From an uncultured Methanoregulaceae archaeon (GTDB lineage: Archaea > Halobacteriota > Methanomicrobia > Methanomicrobiales > Methanospirillaceae): DNA of 64,000 nucleotides. The notes below the pieces were generated by a model that was not told the DNA's origin, did not search any database, and saw nothing but the letters and a program-made list of their open reading frames with translations. Both the position numbers and the translations under genes were made by a program. The stretch is taken from NCBI GenBank assembly GCA_963701095.1, contig OY969564.1:1312001-1376000 (forward strand). Reading direction: 5' to 3'. Shown here in pieces: positions 30,974-41,568 of the stretch. Within the stretch, counting starts at the first letter, position 1. Each line of letters begins with the position of its first letter.

Positions 30974-31444
30974 ATGACTGAAGCCACGTTCCCCCAGTGC
31001 AGGATAGTCACAGAGCGACTGCTTAATCCAGAGACTACCGAACTAATACTGAACAAAATTGTCGAGATCCCAGGTATCCGGCGAATGGTTCTCAACGGAC
31101 CACGTCTGCCGGTTACAATTACTTACGGGCCCGCAAAAGGACTTGCCAACCCCCATATAATGAGGAAGGCGATTCATGTCGGTGACCAGGAAGTGGATCT
31201 GCAGGTTCATGTGGGTACGGTACTCCTCGAGATTGAAAACCGCGACGTTATTCCCGCACTGAAGGCCGCATGCGAACAGGTCTTTACCAATTTTACTTTC
31301 CGTATTCAAGAAGGGAAATTCATGAAGACCGAACCGTCACTTGTTGATTACTGCAAGTACGGACCGGATGCGGACAAATCTATCCTTGGCCTTGCCGATC
31401 CAAGCAGCAAGTCCAGGCCCACTATCATTCAGGGAATTAAATAA
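30974..31444 (+). CDS. mcrD: MCR operon protein D
   Basis: RLL.PETTE, GPRLP..ITYGPAKG, PSLVDY.KYG; position after mcrB. Confidence 0.95.
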   Translation: MTEATFPQCRIVTERLLNPETTELILNKIVEIPGIRRMVLNGPRLPVTITYGPAKGLANPHIMRKAIHVGDQEVDLQVHVGTVLLEIENRDVIPALKAACEQVFTNFTFRIQEGKFMKTEPSLVDYCKYGPDADKSILGLADPSSKSRPTIIQGIK

Positions 31445-32082
31445 TGCCGATAGGACGAGTAACCCAGGTAGTTGACTGCCGCGAGGCGATGGGCATGGGT
31501 AAAGGAGGAGGGATAGCCCAAAGAGGCACCATCTCCGAATGCCGGTACCCGGATGTGATTGTGGTCGGAATGTCCCCCGGACGCCGCCATGTCACAAAAC
31601 CGGTGTGCGACATCACCTCAGGGTTAAGACAACAGGGCGTCGAATATAGCATCAGTACGCTTGTGCTGAATGCCGGAAGCGGCGTCCCCCCGGACGCCCC
31701 CAATATTGCCGGCGGCGTCATTGGCGCTTACTTTGGGCTTACCGATAAGGAAATCGCGCAGATTGAGAAACACAAAGTCGCTATACTTCACCATGGGAAC
31801 GTCCGATCCCATGTTGTGCACAAGGTTCGATTTATCCTTGAAAATTGTGACGTGAAAGCGGTTGTCGTATCCCAATCCCCGATTGATTACGAAGATCTCG
31901 CTAAAGAGGGTGTGAAGACTGCCTTCGTGATGCCCCCTGCCGACCGGATCCGGACGAAAGGCACGGTAATGGCGATCGTAAGCGGTGTCACCCGTGGTCA
32001 GACCCCAACACGCGAGAAGATGGCGGAAGTCATTTCATCTGTCATGAGAATCGTGAAAAAAAAGGAAACAACATTGGAGTGA
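31444..32082 (+). CDS. mcrC: MCR operon protein C
   Basis: MPIGRVTQVVDCRE.MGMGKGGGIAQRGT, SPGRRHVTKPVCDIT. Confidence 0.96.
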   Translation: MPIGRVTQVVDCREAMGMGKGGGIAQRGTISECRYPDVIVVGMSPGRRHVTKPVCDITSGLRQQGVEYSISTLVLNAGSGVPPDAPNIAGGVIGAYFGLTDKEIAQIEKHKVAILHHGNVRSHVVHKVRFILENCDVKAVVVSQSPIDYEDLAKEGVKTAFVMPPADRIRTKGTVMAIVSGVTRGQTPTREKMAEVISSVMRIVKKKETTLE

Positions 32083-32089
32083 TTAAACA

Positions 32090-32853
32090 ATGGCATACAA
32101 ACCCCAGTATTGTCCCGGCCAGTCGCATATCGCTGAAAACAGGCGCAAGCAGCTGGACCCCAGCCACAAGCTCGAAAAGCTTCGCGACGTAACCGACAAG
32201 GACATCGTCCTCGTCATGGGACACAAGGCACCCGGTGCAGCATATCCATCCGCCCACCCGCCACTCTCAGAGCAGCAGGAACCAGCCTGCCCAATCCGCA
32301 AGCTCGTGACCCCGACCGACGGCGCAAAGGCCGGCGACCGTGTCCGTTACATCCAGTTTACCGACTCGATGTACAACGCACCCTGCCAGCCGTACCAGAG
32401 AAGCTGGCTCGAGGCATACCGCTTCCGCGGCATTGACCCGGTACGCTGTCAGGACGTCAAATCGTTGAGTGCCGTGAGAGAGATCTCGAAAAGTATGCAA
32501 AGGAACTCGTTAACACCGAGCTCTTCGATGCAGCACTTACCGGCATCCGCGGCTGTACCGTGCACGGACACTCCCTCCGTCTCGATGAGAACGGAATGAT
32601 GTTCGATATGCTCCAGCGCTTTGTCATGGACAAGAAATCCGGACAGATCAAGTACGTCAAGGACCAGGTCGGCGTTCCTCTTGACTCAGAAGTCAAGGTC
32701 GGCAAAGCAATGGACGAAAAGTGGCTCAAGGCTCACACCACGATGTTCCACTCGCTTGTCGGTACCGGATTCCGCGATGATGCAGAATACGTTGAATACA
32801 TCCAGCGCATCCACGCGCTGAGGGTAAAATACGGCTTCATGCCAAAGGAGTGA
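32090..32853 (+). CDS. mcrG: Methyl-coenzyme M reductase gamma subunit; frameshift near 32439
   Basis: GDRVRYIQFTDSMY; one added base restores RGIDPGTLSGRQIVECRE, then VHGHSLRLDENGMMFD. Confidence 0.95.
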
Positions 32854-32859
32854 TAAGAC

Positions 32860-34545
32860 ATGGCAAAGGCAAAAATCGAAAGGACGCAGAAGCTCTTCCT
32901 GAAGGCAATGAAGGAGAAATTCGCTGAAGACCCCCAGGCAACCTCAACCGTGTTCGCCCGCGAAGGTCTGAAGCAGTCCCCCCGCAAGATGGAGTTTTTG
33001 AAGGAAGGTCAGAAAGTCGCGATGGAACGCGGCATCTCAATGTACGACCCCGTTCGCTGCCACTGCGGTGGTATCCCGCTCGGCCAGCGCCAGTTGATGA
33101 CCTACGAGGTCTCCGGCACCGGTGTCTTTGTAGAAGGAGATGACCTTCACTTTGTTAACAACGCTGCAATGCAGCAGATGTGGGATGACATCCGCCGGAC
33201 GATCATCGTCGGCCTCGACCTCGCCCACGGCACCCTACAGAAGCGACTCGGTAAGGAAGTTACCCCTGAGACCATCAACGAGTACCTCCACGTGCTCAAC
33301 CATGCAATGCCCGGCGCAACTGTCGTTCAGGAACACATGGTCGAGACCCACCCGGCACTCGTCGATGACTGCTACGTCAAAGTCTTTACCGGCGATGACG
33401 AGATGGCAGACGACCTCGAGCCCCAGTTCGTCTTAAACCTCGACAAGCTCTTCCCGGCAAAACAGGCCGCAGCCCTCAAGGCAGCTGTCGGCAAGTCAAT
33501 GTGGCAGGCAGTTCACATTCCGACAACCGTCAGCAGAACCTGCGACGGTGGAACGACCTCCCGGTGGTCCGCAATGCAGATCGGTATGTCCTTCATCGGT
33601 GCGTACAAGATGTGCGCCGGTGAGGCAGCAGTCGCTGACCTCGCATTTGCAGCAAAGCACGCCGGTGTTATCCAGATGGCAGATATCCTGCCCGCCCGAC
33701 GTGCACGTGGCCCGAACGAGCCAGGTGGCATCAAGTTCGGACACTTCGCCGACATGATCCAGGCAGACCGCAAGTACCCCAACGACCCCGTCAAGGCAAC
33801 CCTTGAAGTCGTCGGTGCAGGTGCGATGCTCTTCGACCAGATCTGGCTCGGATCTTATATGTCCGGTGGTGTCGGATTCACCCAGTATGCAACCGCTGCA
33901 TACACCGACAACATCCTCGACGACTACTGCTACTATGGTCTTGACTATGTCAAGAAGAACCACGGCGGTCTCGGAAAGGCAAAACAGACCCAAGAAGCAG
34001 TTAACGACATTGCATCCGAAGTCACCCTCTACGGCATGGAACAGTACCAGCAGTACCCGACTGCACTCGAGGACCACTTCGGCGGTTCCCAGCGTGCATC
34101 CGTCCTTGCCGCAGCGGCAGGTATCTCCTCTTCGCTTGCAACATTCAACTCCAATGCAGGACTGAACGGCTGGTACATGTCGATGCTCATGCACAAGGAA
34201 GGCTGGTCACGTCTCGGCTTCTTCGGCTACGACCTGCAGGACCAGTGCGGTTCCGCGAACTGTATGTCCGTCCGGCCCGACGAGGGCTGCATCGGAGAAC
34301 TCCGCGGTCCAAACTACCCGAACTACGCAATGAACGTCGGACACCAGGGAGAATACGCAGCAATTGCAGCTGCAGCCCACTATGGACGCCAGGATGCCTG
34401 GACCCTGTCCCCGCTCATGAAGATCACGTTCGCAGACCCGTCCCTCAAGTTCGACTTCTCCGAACCACGCCGCGAGTTCGCAAAGGGTGCAATCCGCGAG
34501 TTCATGCCCGCCGGCGAGCGCTCACTGATCATCCCCGCAAGGTAA
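32860..34545 (+). CDS. mcrA: Methyl-coenzyme M reductase alpha subunit (canonical methanogen type)
   Basis: [63 protein letters not shown]. Confidence 0.99.
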   Translation: MAKAKIERTQKLFLKAMKEKFAEDPQATSTVFAREGLKQSPRKMEFLKEGQKVAMERGISMYDPVRCHCGGIPLGQRQLMTYEVSGTGVFVEGDDLHFVNNAAMQQMWDDIRRTIIVGLDLAHGTLQKRLGKEVTPETINEYLHVLNHAMPGATVVQEHMVETHPALVDDCYVKVFTGDDEMADDLEPQFVLNLDKLFPAKQAAALKAAVGKSMWQAVHIPTTVSRTCDGGTTSRWSAMQIGMSFIGAYKMCAGEAAVADLAFAAKHAGVIQMADILPARRARGPNEPGGIKFGHFADMIQADRKYPNDPVKATLEVVGAGAMLFDQIWLGSYMSGGVGFTQYATAAYTDNILDDYCYYGLDYVKKNHGGLGKAKQTQEAVNDIASEVTLYGMEQYQQYPTALEDHFGGSQRASVLAAAAGISSSLATFNSNAGLNGWYMSMLMHKEGWSRLGFFGYDLQDQCGSANCMSVRPDEGCIGELRGPNYPNYAMNVGHQGEYAAIAAAAHYGRQDAWTLSPLMKITFADPSLKFDFSEPRREFAKGAIREFMPAGERSLIIPAR

Positions 34546-34565
34546 GCACGATCGTCCCCAACCAA

Positions 34566-34582
34566 ATTTTTTTTCTTTTTTA
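34566..34582 (+). terminator. Oligo-T terminator after mcrA
   Basis: TTTTTTTTCTTTTTT tract about 20 nt after the stop. Confidence 0.6.
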
Positions 34583-34791
34583 CAAACGGTTTCCAGCCCG
34601 AAGGATCCACCTTACACGGGAAGACTTTGCTGATAAAATGAAGCCTAACAGGTTATAACGCAGCGGAATGTTCCGAATAGCGTTTGGTAAAATCACATCA
34701 GATTTGGGTTTTTGAAAATTCCGTCATCTTTTTATGGTTTCGCTCATATGGGTGATTACGCCTGATCCGGTGAAGAGTAAAAGGTGAAGAA

Positions 34792-35508
34792 ATGAGCAAT
34801 GAACAGACAAAAATTACGGTAAACTACCCTGAGGCCGCAGAAACACTAAAAAAACTACTGGGTCTGAAAGGATCGCCGGTCGCTATCAGGTTTGCGCCAT
34901 CGAAAACGGATATCCCGGAAGGGATGGTGGAACTTGACAAGACTATCCGGCACTGTTCGATGGTGAACCTAGCCCGGACAGAGGGGAAGATCTTCTATGC
35001 TCCCGCTGAACGGCACGAATGCAATGGTGGCGCATGGTCGCTGGGATTAAAAGAGATTACACCGACGCTTAAAAACGGGGAGTTCTATTTTAAGCTGGGA
35101 AAATTCGATAGCGATGCTGCTTGCAAGCGGACTATCGAAAGCATTCCTCATCTTGATACGTGCGAAACTTACGCAACACTCTATGCCCCGCTCGAAAAAA
35201 CGCCTTTTTCCCCACAGGTTATTGTAATTGTTACTACACCCCGTAATATGCTCAAGCTCGCCCAGGCAAGCCTCTTCCGGCTCGGCGGAAGGATTTGTGC
35301 CGAATTCGCCGGTATCCAGTCAGTGTGCGCTGATGCTACGGCGCAGACCTACCTTTCAGGAAAGCCCAATTTCTCGCTGGGCTGCGACGGTTCACGAAGG
35401 TTCTCCGGCATAGGCGATGACGAAATGGTCATGGGTTTCCCGGCGGAGATGCTTCCTGAAATTATCTCAGCATTGTCCATCATAATCGGTGCTGCCGGTT
35501 CCAAATAA
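34792..35508 (+). CDS. DUF169 family protein
   Basis: L.LKGSPVAI, RHC.MV..AR, C.GG...LG, QSVCAD, SLGCDGSR motifs. Confidence 0.8.
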   Translation: MSNEQTKITVNYPEAAETLKKLLGLKGSPVAIRFAPSKTDIPEGMVELDKTIRHCSMVNLARTEGKIFYAPAERHECNGGAWSLGLKEITPTLKNGEFYFKLGKFDSDAACKRTIESIPHLDTCETYATLYAPLEKTPFSPQVIVIVTTPRNMLKLAQASLFRLGGRICAEFAGIQSVCADATAQTYLSGKPNFSLGCDGSRRFSGIGDDEMVMGFPAEMLPEIISALSIIIGAAGSK

Positions 35509-35657
35509 CCATAAATCCCGAACAAACGGCTCCTCCGTTGAGGTTTTGGTGTCGTGATGAGTGCATCATTAATTTTTTTAAAATTTTTTCCCTCACGATA
35601 TGTACCGGGAGAATGCGTATGAAAACCCTTATACTCTGACGAAAGGAAAAAATCGTA

Positions 35658-36818
35658 ATGAAAAACCCGTTCCACGTTATGATTATTCCAACACTGGGCT
35701 GCCCCTCAAAATGCAAGTACTGCTGGAGTTCTGAGGAGGGTTCACCCGTCATGACCGTGGACACTGTAAAGAAGATCGTGGCGTGGCTTGAGGACATTCC
35801 AAATGACCGGGTAACGTTCACGTTCCATGGCGGAGAACCTCTGCTTGCGGGGGCAGAATTCTACCGGCAGGCGTTGCCCCTGCTCTCGGAAGAGCTCGCC
35901 CGTATGCATCCGGAGTTTGCAATGCAAACGAATCTCTGGCGGATGACACCGGAGATCGCCGACATCCTTGCCGAATATCATGTGCCGATTGGTTCAAGCA
36001 TCGACGGACCGGAGACAATCACGGATTCACAACGGGGGCAAGGGTATTACCAGAAGACCATGAATGGCTACGAGGTTGCAAAAGCCTGCGGTCTTGATGT
36101 GCGATTCATCTGTACGTTCACGAACAGGTCTGTGAAGAAAAGGGAAGAAATATTCCGGTTTTTCCTCGAAAAGGGCTTCACTCTGAAACTGCACCCGGCA
36201 CTGCCATCGCTGCGTTCCGAGAACCCGAAAGAATGGTCGCTTGAGCCGGCGGATTATGGTGAATTGCTGGTGTACCTGCTTGATGAGGCACTTGAACATA
36301 TGGGCGAGATCGATGTGATGAACGTCAACGATCTTTGTCGGTGCGTTTTCACCCGGCGAGGGAGTGTCTGCACGTACGTTGACTGCATGGGCAGCACATT
36401 TGCTGTGGGACCGGACGGGAGTATCTATCCCTGTTACCGGTTTGTAGGGATGGAGGAGTACGTGATGGGAAACGTAACCGACCGACCATCAATAGAAGAA
36501 CTGATGTTATCACCGCCCGGAAAACTGATGCTCTCTTTTAAGGACTACGTGGATTCTGCCTGCGGTAAGTGTAAACATATCAAATACTGCCGGGGTGGGT
36601 GCCCCTATAACGCGATGGCGCCGACTCCGGGGAGGATCGAAGGCGTAGACCCTCATTGCATAGCCTATACACGGATATTTGACGAAATTGGCGACCGGCT
36701 TAATAAGGAGATGTTCGATGCGCCACCGATGGAGATGGGAGGCTTTGGGATGTCCCAATCGCAAAAGCCGGGAAAACCCGGCGTGATGACGCTCATGCGA
36801 AAAAATGCGATGAGATAA
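35658..36818 (+). CDS. Radical SAM/SPASM protein (anSME-like; resembles the methanogen putative peptide-modifying family TIGR04083)
   Basis: CPSKCKYC, FHGGEPL, QTN; SPASM C..C/GSIYPC/CGKC...CRGGCP...C. Confidence 0.85.
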   Translation: MKNPFHVMIIPTLGCPSKCKYCWSSEEGSPVMTVDTVKKIVAWLEDIPNDRVTFTFHGGEPLLAGAEFYRQALPLLSEELARMHPEFAMQTNLWRMTPEIADILAEYHVPIGSSIDGPETITDSQRGQGYYQKTMNGYEVAKACGLDVRFICTFTNRSVKKREEIFRFFLEKGFTLKLHPALPSLRSENPKEWSLEPADYGELLVYLLDEALEHMGEIDVMNVNDLCRCVFTRRGSVCTYVDCMGSTFAVGPDGSIYPCYRFVGMEEYVMGNVTDRPSIEELMLSPPGKLMLSFKDYVDSACGKCKHIKYCRGGCPYNAMAPTPGRIEGVDPHCIAYTRIFDEIGDRLNKEMFDAPPMEMGGFGMSQSQKPGKPGVMTLMRKNAMR

Positions 36819-36869
36819 TTGGCTTAAATATCTGTATAGATCAGTAGTTGGCAAGGGTTCATTCCTGAC

Positions 36870-37256
36870 TCAGGATTTTACTGGAGTCAGAAGGCCAATA
36901 AGGTTCCCTTCGGAGTCAAGGATCATCGCTGTATGTCCTACACCGGGAATAGGAGTTTTGGGCATTGTGATAGTTCCTCCTAATTCTTCCACTTTAGACA
37001 ACGCGGCGTCAATATCATCAGCCTGCACGAAATCGAGTATTGGTTCATTCAGGTGCCGTTTGTACAGGCCGCCGGTGTTAAGCGTACCCGGTTCAACAGG
37101 CCCGGTGGTGATCATGTGGTACTTCATCGCCGCCATACCCCCGGGATCTGGCATAGGGACGACCTCGTTGATTGTCCAGCCGAAAATGGCTGAGTAGAAC
37201 TGTCGTGCCCGGTCAACATTATCTGCCGGGATCATGAAATGCAAAATGTTTGGCAT
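36870..37256 (-). CDS. VOC (glyoxalase/bleomycin-resistance) family protein
   Basis: HF.IPADNVDRA..FYS.IFGW, VEELGG, DSEGNLIGL. Confidence 0.85.
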   Translation of the reverse strand: MPNILHFMIPADNVDRARQFYSAIFGWTINEVVPMPDPGGMAAMKYHMITTGPVEPGTLNTGGLYKRHLNEPILDFVQADDIDAALSKVEELGGTITMPKTPIPGVGHTAMILDSEGNLIGLLTPVKS

Positions 37257-37727
37257 GAATGTTTGTAAGACGTGTGAAATATTTAGTAGTAGGGATAACC
37301 TGGATTTCTCCTGATAATTGTGGAACTGATTTCTCGAGTATTAGATGCAAGTATTTTTTAAAATATAGCAGTATTTTCCCAAAATTTTCCGACATAGAAA
37401 TAGTATGAAGAATTGTATGAAAGTTTTTTAAAATACAAAATCTTCTTGTTAAAAAAAATCGTTATTGCTTTCACACCGGCTAAAACAAGATTGCTTGACT
37501 CGAACGCAACCTATCTTTCATTAAGGAAAGTTCACATGCCTAAAATCTCTGTAATCAGCCCCAGTTTCATAATTCGGGCTTTAAATACCCCGTTTTCCCA
37601 GATATGATTTCGAAACCTTTTAATTGAGATCTCACTAATTTTACACTGACCACAAAGAGTTTAACTCGATGTGCGTGGCATTGCATTTTGAATACTCTCG
37701 TGCATTCGCACGTAGGGAGGAGGCTAA

Positions 37728-38630
37728 ATGGAACAAATAGTATTTGGCATTGGAATTACTGCATTGGCAGGAGCTCTTGCCACCGTAGCCGGTTCCGCGG
37801 AAGATACTGAATCCAACATCGGGTCACAAGGAGACCCGAACTCACAGGTTCAGCTCGCACCGCAGATGGGTTTTGTGCACCGCATCTTCAATAAGGCGGT
37901 TGCTGGTGAACCCCCGGCATATGGTCTGTGGTGTGCTCTGGGTGCAGGACTTGCATGGGCCTTTTTGGCTATGCAGATCAACGCGGTTCTCGCGATTGTC
38001 CTGGGCTCTCTTCTTGCAGTCTTCGTTCAGGGTATCTATGCTACGACAGCATACCTGGGCAGGACGGCAAGCCTTTCCAAGTTCGGTCAGCCGGTGTACG
38101 TGGACATCTTGAAGTCCATGACGACGGTTGCCATGGCTCATGCCTTTGTAGCAATTTTCTGTACTGTCACCATCTGTTACCTGATCAACGTCGCGCTGGG
38201 ACACCCGTTCCCGCTGCCGCTGCTCGGGTTCATCTGGGGAATAACCCTCGGTGCAGCAGGATCAGCAACAGGAAACCCGTACTACGGCAAGGAGCGCCAG
38301 TACCAGAACCAGAAGTTCGGTGCCGGTGTTCCGATCTCAGCATCAGGAAACATCGTTCGGTTTGCTGAAGCCGGAGAGCGCAACTCGCTCGATAACGGAT
38401 TCTTCACCGCAAAATTCGGTGGTCCCGCATCGGGTCTCTGTTTCGGACTGATCGTATTCCTTGAACTCTGGAGGACCATTGTCTTTGACAATATCAGCCC
38501 GGGTGTAGGAGCGATTGTTGTCGGTATACTGATCATCCTGATCTTCACGGTAATTGACCGTTACATCGAAGTCTGGGCACGTAAGAATTACGGACCCTAC
38601 ACAGCACCAGTGAAGGAGGCAGCACCATGA
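37728..38630 (+). CDS. mtrE: Methyl-H4MPT:CoM methyltransferase subunit E
   Basis: AEDTESNIGSQGDPNSQVQLAPQMG..HRIFNKAV.GEP. Confidence 0.97.
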   Translation: MEQIVFGIGITALAGALATVAGSAEDTESNIGSQGDPNSQVQLAPQMGFVHRIFNKAVAGEPPAYGLWCALGAGLAWAFLAMQINAVLAIVLGSLLAVFVQGIYATTAYLGRTASLSKFGQPVYVDILKSMTTVAMAHAFVAIFCTVTICYLINVALGHPFPLPLLGFIWGITLGAAGSATGNPYYGKERQYQNQKFGAGVPISASGNIVRFAEAGERNSLDNGFFTAKFGGPASGLCFGLIVFLELWRTIVFDNISPGVGAIVVGILIILIFTVIDRYIEVWARKNYGPYTAPVKEAAP

Positions 38631-39461
38631 CTGCAGTTGCAGCAAAGCCGGCCGCAGGCTCGGCAATGAATCCCACCGCAATGGTAATCGGTGTAGTACT
38701 GCTCATTATCTTTCTCGTAATAGCTGCTTTTGTTTCACCGGGTCTTGGTCTTATGGCCCTGATTGGCGTGATCATTGGCGGTGTCCTGATCGGTTTCGGC
38801 GTACACTTTGTTCCGGTAGGTGGCGCACCCGCAGCAATGGGCCAAGCACCCGGTATCGCAACTGGTGTCGCTATGCTCGCAGCAGGTGCCGGACTTGCCG
38901 GATTATTCGGTGGTGCCTGGGCAGCAAGCCAGGGATTTGTCATCGCAATCATTACAGGGGGCGTAGGTGGCGGAATGATGATGGCCATCACCTGTATGAT
39001 GGTGAATTTCGTCTACGTCTTTGGAATGGGTATCCCTGCAGCATCAGGTAAGGTAGCAAAGGACCCCATTACGGGGGACACTCAGCCTGAATACAAATCA
39101 CAGGGTACTCGAGGGCCACGGTCTTCCGTTCGTCTCATTTGTGGGTGGCGTTACCGGTGGTATTCTCGGTGGAGCTGGCGGGACGCTCATCTATCTCGAG
39201 CTTCTTAGTCTCTACCAGGCAACACTCCCGAACGTAATGAATGCATCGTCTGCACAGGTGCTCCCGATCGCAGTTTCCGTTGCAGGAACCTTTGCCATCG
39301 GCATGTTCCTTGTGAACGCGGTGCTGACTGCCTACAACATCACAGGAACAATCGAAGGCCCGCATGACCCCAAGTTCAAGCGCTGGCCACGGGCAATTGT
39401 CGCATCCGCAGTCGCATCAGCGCTTTGCGGTCTTGTGGCGATCCTGATCGTCACGATCTGA
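38627..39461 (+). CDS. mtrD: Mtr subunit D; frameshift near 39109
   Basis: VHFVPVGGAPAAM, DPITGD.Q; removing one base restores SQGTEGHGLP; GTIEGPHDPKFK. Confidence 0.93.
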
Positions 39462-39470
39462 GGTGTTGAA

Positions 39471-40328
39471 ATGACCGTAAAAGTTGAAGTAATTGAAGGA
39501 GGCATACCGCACACGAAGATCATGATAGCAGGACTTGTCTGCACGATCGTGTGCCTGTACCTCTCATATCTCAATGTGGTAACCAACACCGAGGTGTTCT
39601 CGTTCTTCGGGGGTCTTGCAGCAATTGCAGCCCTCATCTGGGGAAGCCACACCATTAAGGTACTGTGCAGTTACGGTATCGGTACTGGTGTACCCTCCGC
39701 AGGTATGATCGCGTTCGGTTCCGGTGTTATAGCGATGCTCCTCGCGACCACAATCAAGGTCGACCTTGCAATACCAATTGTTGCGCTTGTTCTTGCCGCT
39801 TTCATCGGGCTCATTCTGGGATATCTCGCAAATGAAGTCCTCAACATGAAGATTCCGGCAATGATCCAGGCTCTGACTGAGCTTGCTGTAGTCGGCGCAC
39901 TCACGCTGATGGGCTTTGCAGTCCTCATCACGGGGAAATTCACGTTCCTCGGCCTAACGAGTGGCTCGGTAACATTATTGAACTCGGTCTCTATGCCCAG
40001 TTACCAGGTCTCATTCATTGGCGGCGGACTGACTGCCGTTGCATTCCTGCTTGGAGCAATTGCAATCCAGCACCCATTCAACGCGTGTCTGGGACCAGGC
40101 TGGAAACAGGACCGGATGCTTATGCTCACCGCCGAATGCGGTTTCTTGAGCATGATTGTAGCAGCCTTTATGTCGTTTGCTCTGATCACCGCTGTACCAG
40201 CGATCATCTCGCTGCTCATTGCAATCATAGGATGGGTATACACCTACGGTGAGTACATCAAGATGTCGAAGCGCGACGCATATGCATGGCTCGACTCAAA
40301 ACCGATTCCAGATGTGGAGGGACACTAA
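39471..40328 (+). CDS. mtrC: Mtr subunit C
   Basis: SYGIGTGVPSAG, IQHPFNACLGP. Confidence 0.95.
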   Translation: MTVKVEVIEGGIPHTKIMIAGLVCTIVCLYLSYLNVVTNTEVFSFFGGLAAIAALIWGSHTIKVLCSYGIGTGVPSAGMIAFGSGVIAMLLATTIKVDLAIPIVALVLAAFIGLILGYLANEVLNMKIPAMIQALTELAVVGALTLMGFAVLITGKFTFLGLTSGSVTLLNSVSMPSYQVSFIGGGLTAVAFLLGAIAIQHPFNACLGPGWKQDRMLMLTAECGFLSMIVAAFMSFALITAVPAIISLLIAIIGWVYTYGEYIKMSKRDAYAWLDSKPIPDVEGH

Positions 40329-40329
40329 T

Positions 40330-40626
40330 ATGGCATATGTTATTGTTCTTCCGGAATTCGGACTGGTTGCTGATCCCATTGCCGGTATCGTTACAACCGC
40401 AGGCGAATCACTATCCCCGGTTGTAGACAAGGTAGCAATTCTCGAAGCGTCCGCAGACGATCTGGTCAACATGCTTTCCGGAGAAGGGAACTACGTTGCA
40501 TCCTTCCCTGGCCGTGAGAAGACCCTTGTTATCGGTGGCAGTATCAATGCCTTCTGGTATGGTCTTGCTATTGGACTACTCGTTGCAGGAATCATTGCAT
40601 TCCAACTGATCAAGGTGGGGAGCTGA
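40330..40626 (+). CDS. mtrB: Mtr subunit B
   Basis: [17 protein letters not shown]-terminal TM. Confidence 0.93.
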   Translation: MAYVIVLPEFGLVADPIAGIVTTAGESLSPVVDKVAILEASADDLVNMLSGEGNYVASFPGREKTLVIGGSINAFWYGLAIGLLVAGIIAFQLIKVGS

Positions 40627-40628
40627 AC

Positions 40629-41351
40629 ATGGCAGATAAGAAATCACCGGCAAGTGGATGGCCGCTCGTAAAAGGCGACTTCCACTCAGGAGATGCAAAC
40701 AGCTGCGTCGCTGTTATCACCATGGGTTCCCACCTCGATGAGCAGGGTATCTGTGATGCAGGCGCAGCGATGTGCGGTTCCTGTAAGACCGAAAACCTCG
40801 GTCTTGAAAAGGTCATCGCCAACTACATCGCCAACCCCAACATCAGGTTCATGATCCTCTGTGGTACCGAAGTCAAGGGCCACCTCTCAGGCCAGTCCAT
40901 GGTCGCGCTCCACAAGGGCGGCGTCAAGGACGGCAGGATCGTCGGTGCTGAAGGCGCTATCCCCTTCATTGAAAACCTCAATGATGCGGCTATCAAGCGC
41001 TTCCAGGAACAGATCACCGTCGTCAATATTATGGAGACAGAGGACCTTGCCGCCATCAAGGCCAAGATTAACGAACTCAAGGCCAAAGACCCAGGCGCAT
41101 TCGCAGCCGACCCCATAGTCGTCGAAGTCAAGGAAGCGGCGGGCGGCGCTGAAGAAGCCGGCGGAGAAGTCCAACCGATCTCCGGTGAGATGGCGATCAT
41201 CACCGCACGCATCAAGATCATCGAAAAGATGGTCACGAACATCGGATACCGCGACAAGTTTGCCGCTGGTGTCTATGCAGGGAAGATCGAAGGTTTGATG
41301 ATCGGACTGATTATCTCCTTTGCCCTGATCGGATTCATGTGGATGGGGTGA
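40629..41351 (+). CDS. mtrA: Mtr subunit A (corrinoid protein)
   Basis: [41 protein letters not shown]-terminal [11 protein letters not shown]. Confidence 0.97.
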   Translation: MADKKSPASGWPLVKGDFHSGDANSCVAVITMGSHLDEQGICDAGAAMCGSCKTENLGLEKVIANYIANPNIRFMILCGTEVKGHLSGQSMVALHKGGVKDGRIVGAEGAIPFIENLNDAAIKRFQEQITVVNIMETEDLAAIKAKINELKAKDPGAFAADPIVVEVKEAAGGAEEAGGEVQPISGEMAIITARIKIIEKMVTNIGYRDKFAAGVYAGKIEGLMIGLIISFALIGFMWMG

Positions 41352-41356
41352 ATGAG

Positions 41357-41557
41357 ATGGCAGAAGAAACAAAAGCTGCAGGACCAGTCAGGATGGTTGC
41401 AATCGACAATATGGTTGAAAACATCCGTTACAAATCACAGATTCTTGCACGAACCAACAAAGTCGAATCGGCCAGTTCAACAAACGGCCTCATTGCCTTT
41501 GTTGCGGGACTACTCATTGCTGTGATCCTGATAGTGGTGCCGGCATTACTACTCTGA
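41357..41557 (+). CDS. mtrF: Mtr subunit F
   Basis: VENIRYKSQILAR followed by a C-terminal TM. Confidence 0.9.
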   Translation: MAEETKAAGPVRMVAIDNMVENIRYKSQILARTNKVESASSTNGLIAFVAGLLIAVILIVVPALLL

Positions 41558-41568
41558 GGTGAAGACAA

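Noticed and set aside
32090..32853. mcrG (and mtrD, mvhD, fwdF, rpl2, rpl14, rpl18) as pseudogenes or programmed frameshifts
   Set aside because: These are essential genes, each repaired by one base with no other decay and no shared slippery heptamer; sequencing error is far more likely.
33496..34194. Long antisense ORFs over mcrA, mcrB, fwdF, mtrA and r-protein genes
   Set aside because: Shadow frames produced by strong codon bias of highly expressed genes; no motifs or RBS.
32860..34545. Divergent alkyl-CoM reductase
   Set aside because: Active-site and modification-site motifs ([31 protein letters not shown]) are canonical for methanogenic MCR.
37413..37607. 64-aa ORF upstream of mtrE as precursor peptide for the SPASM enzyme
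   Set aside because: TTG start in AT-rich promoter DNA, no RBS, no Cys or repeated core motif.
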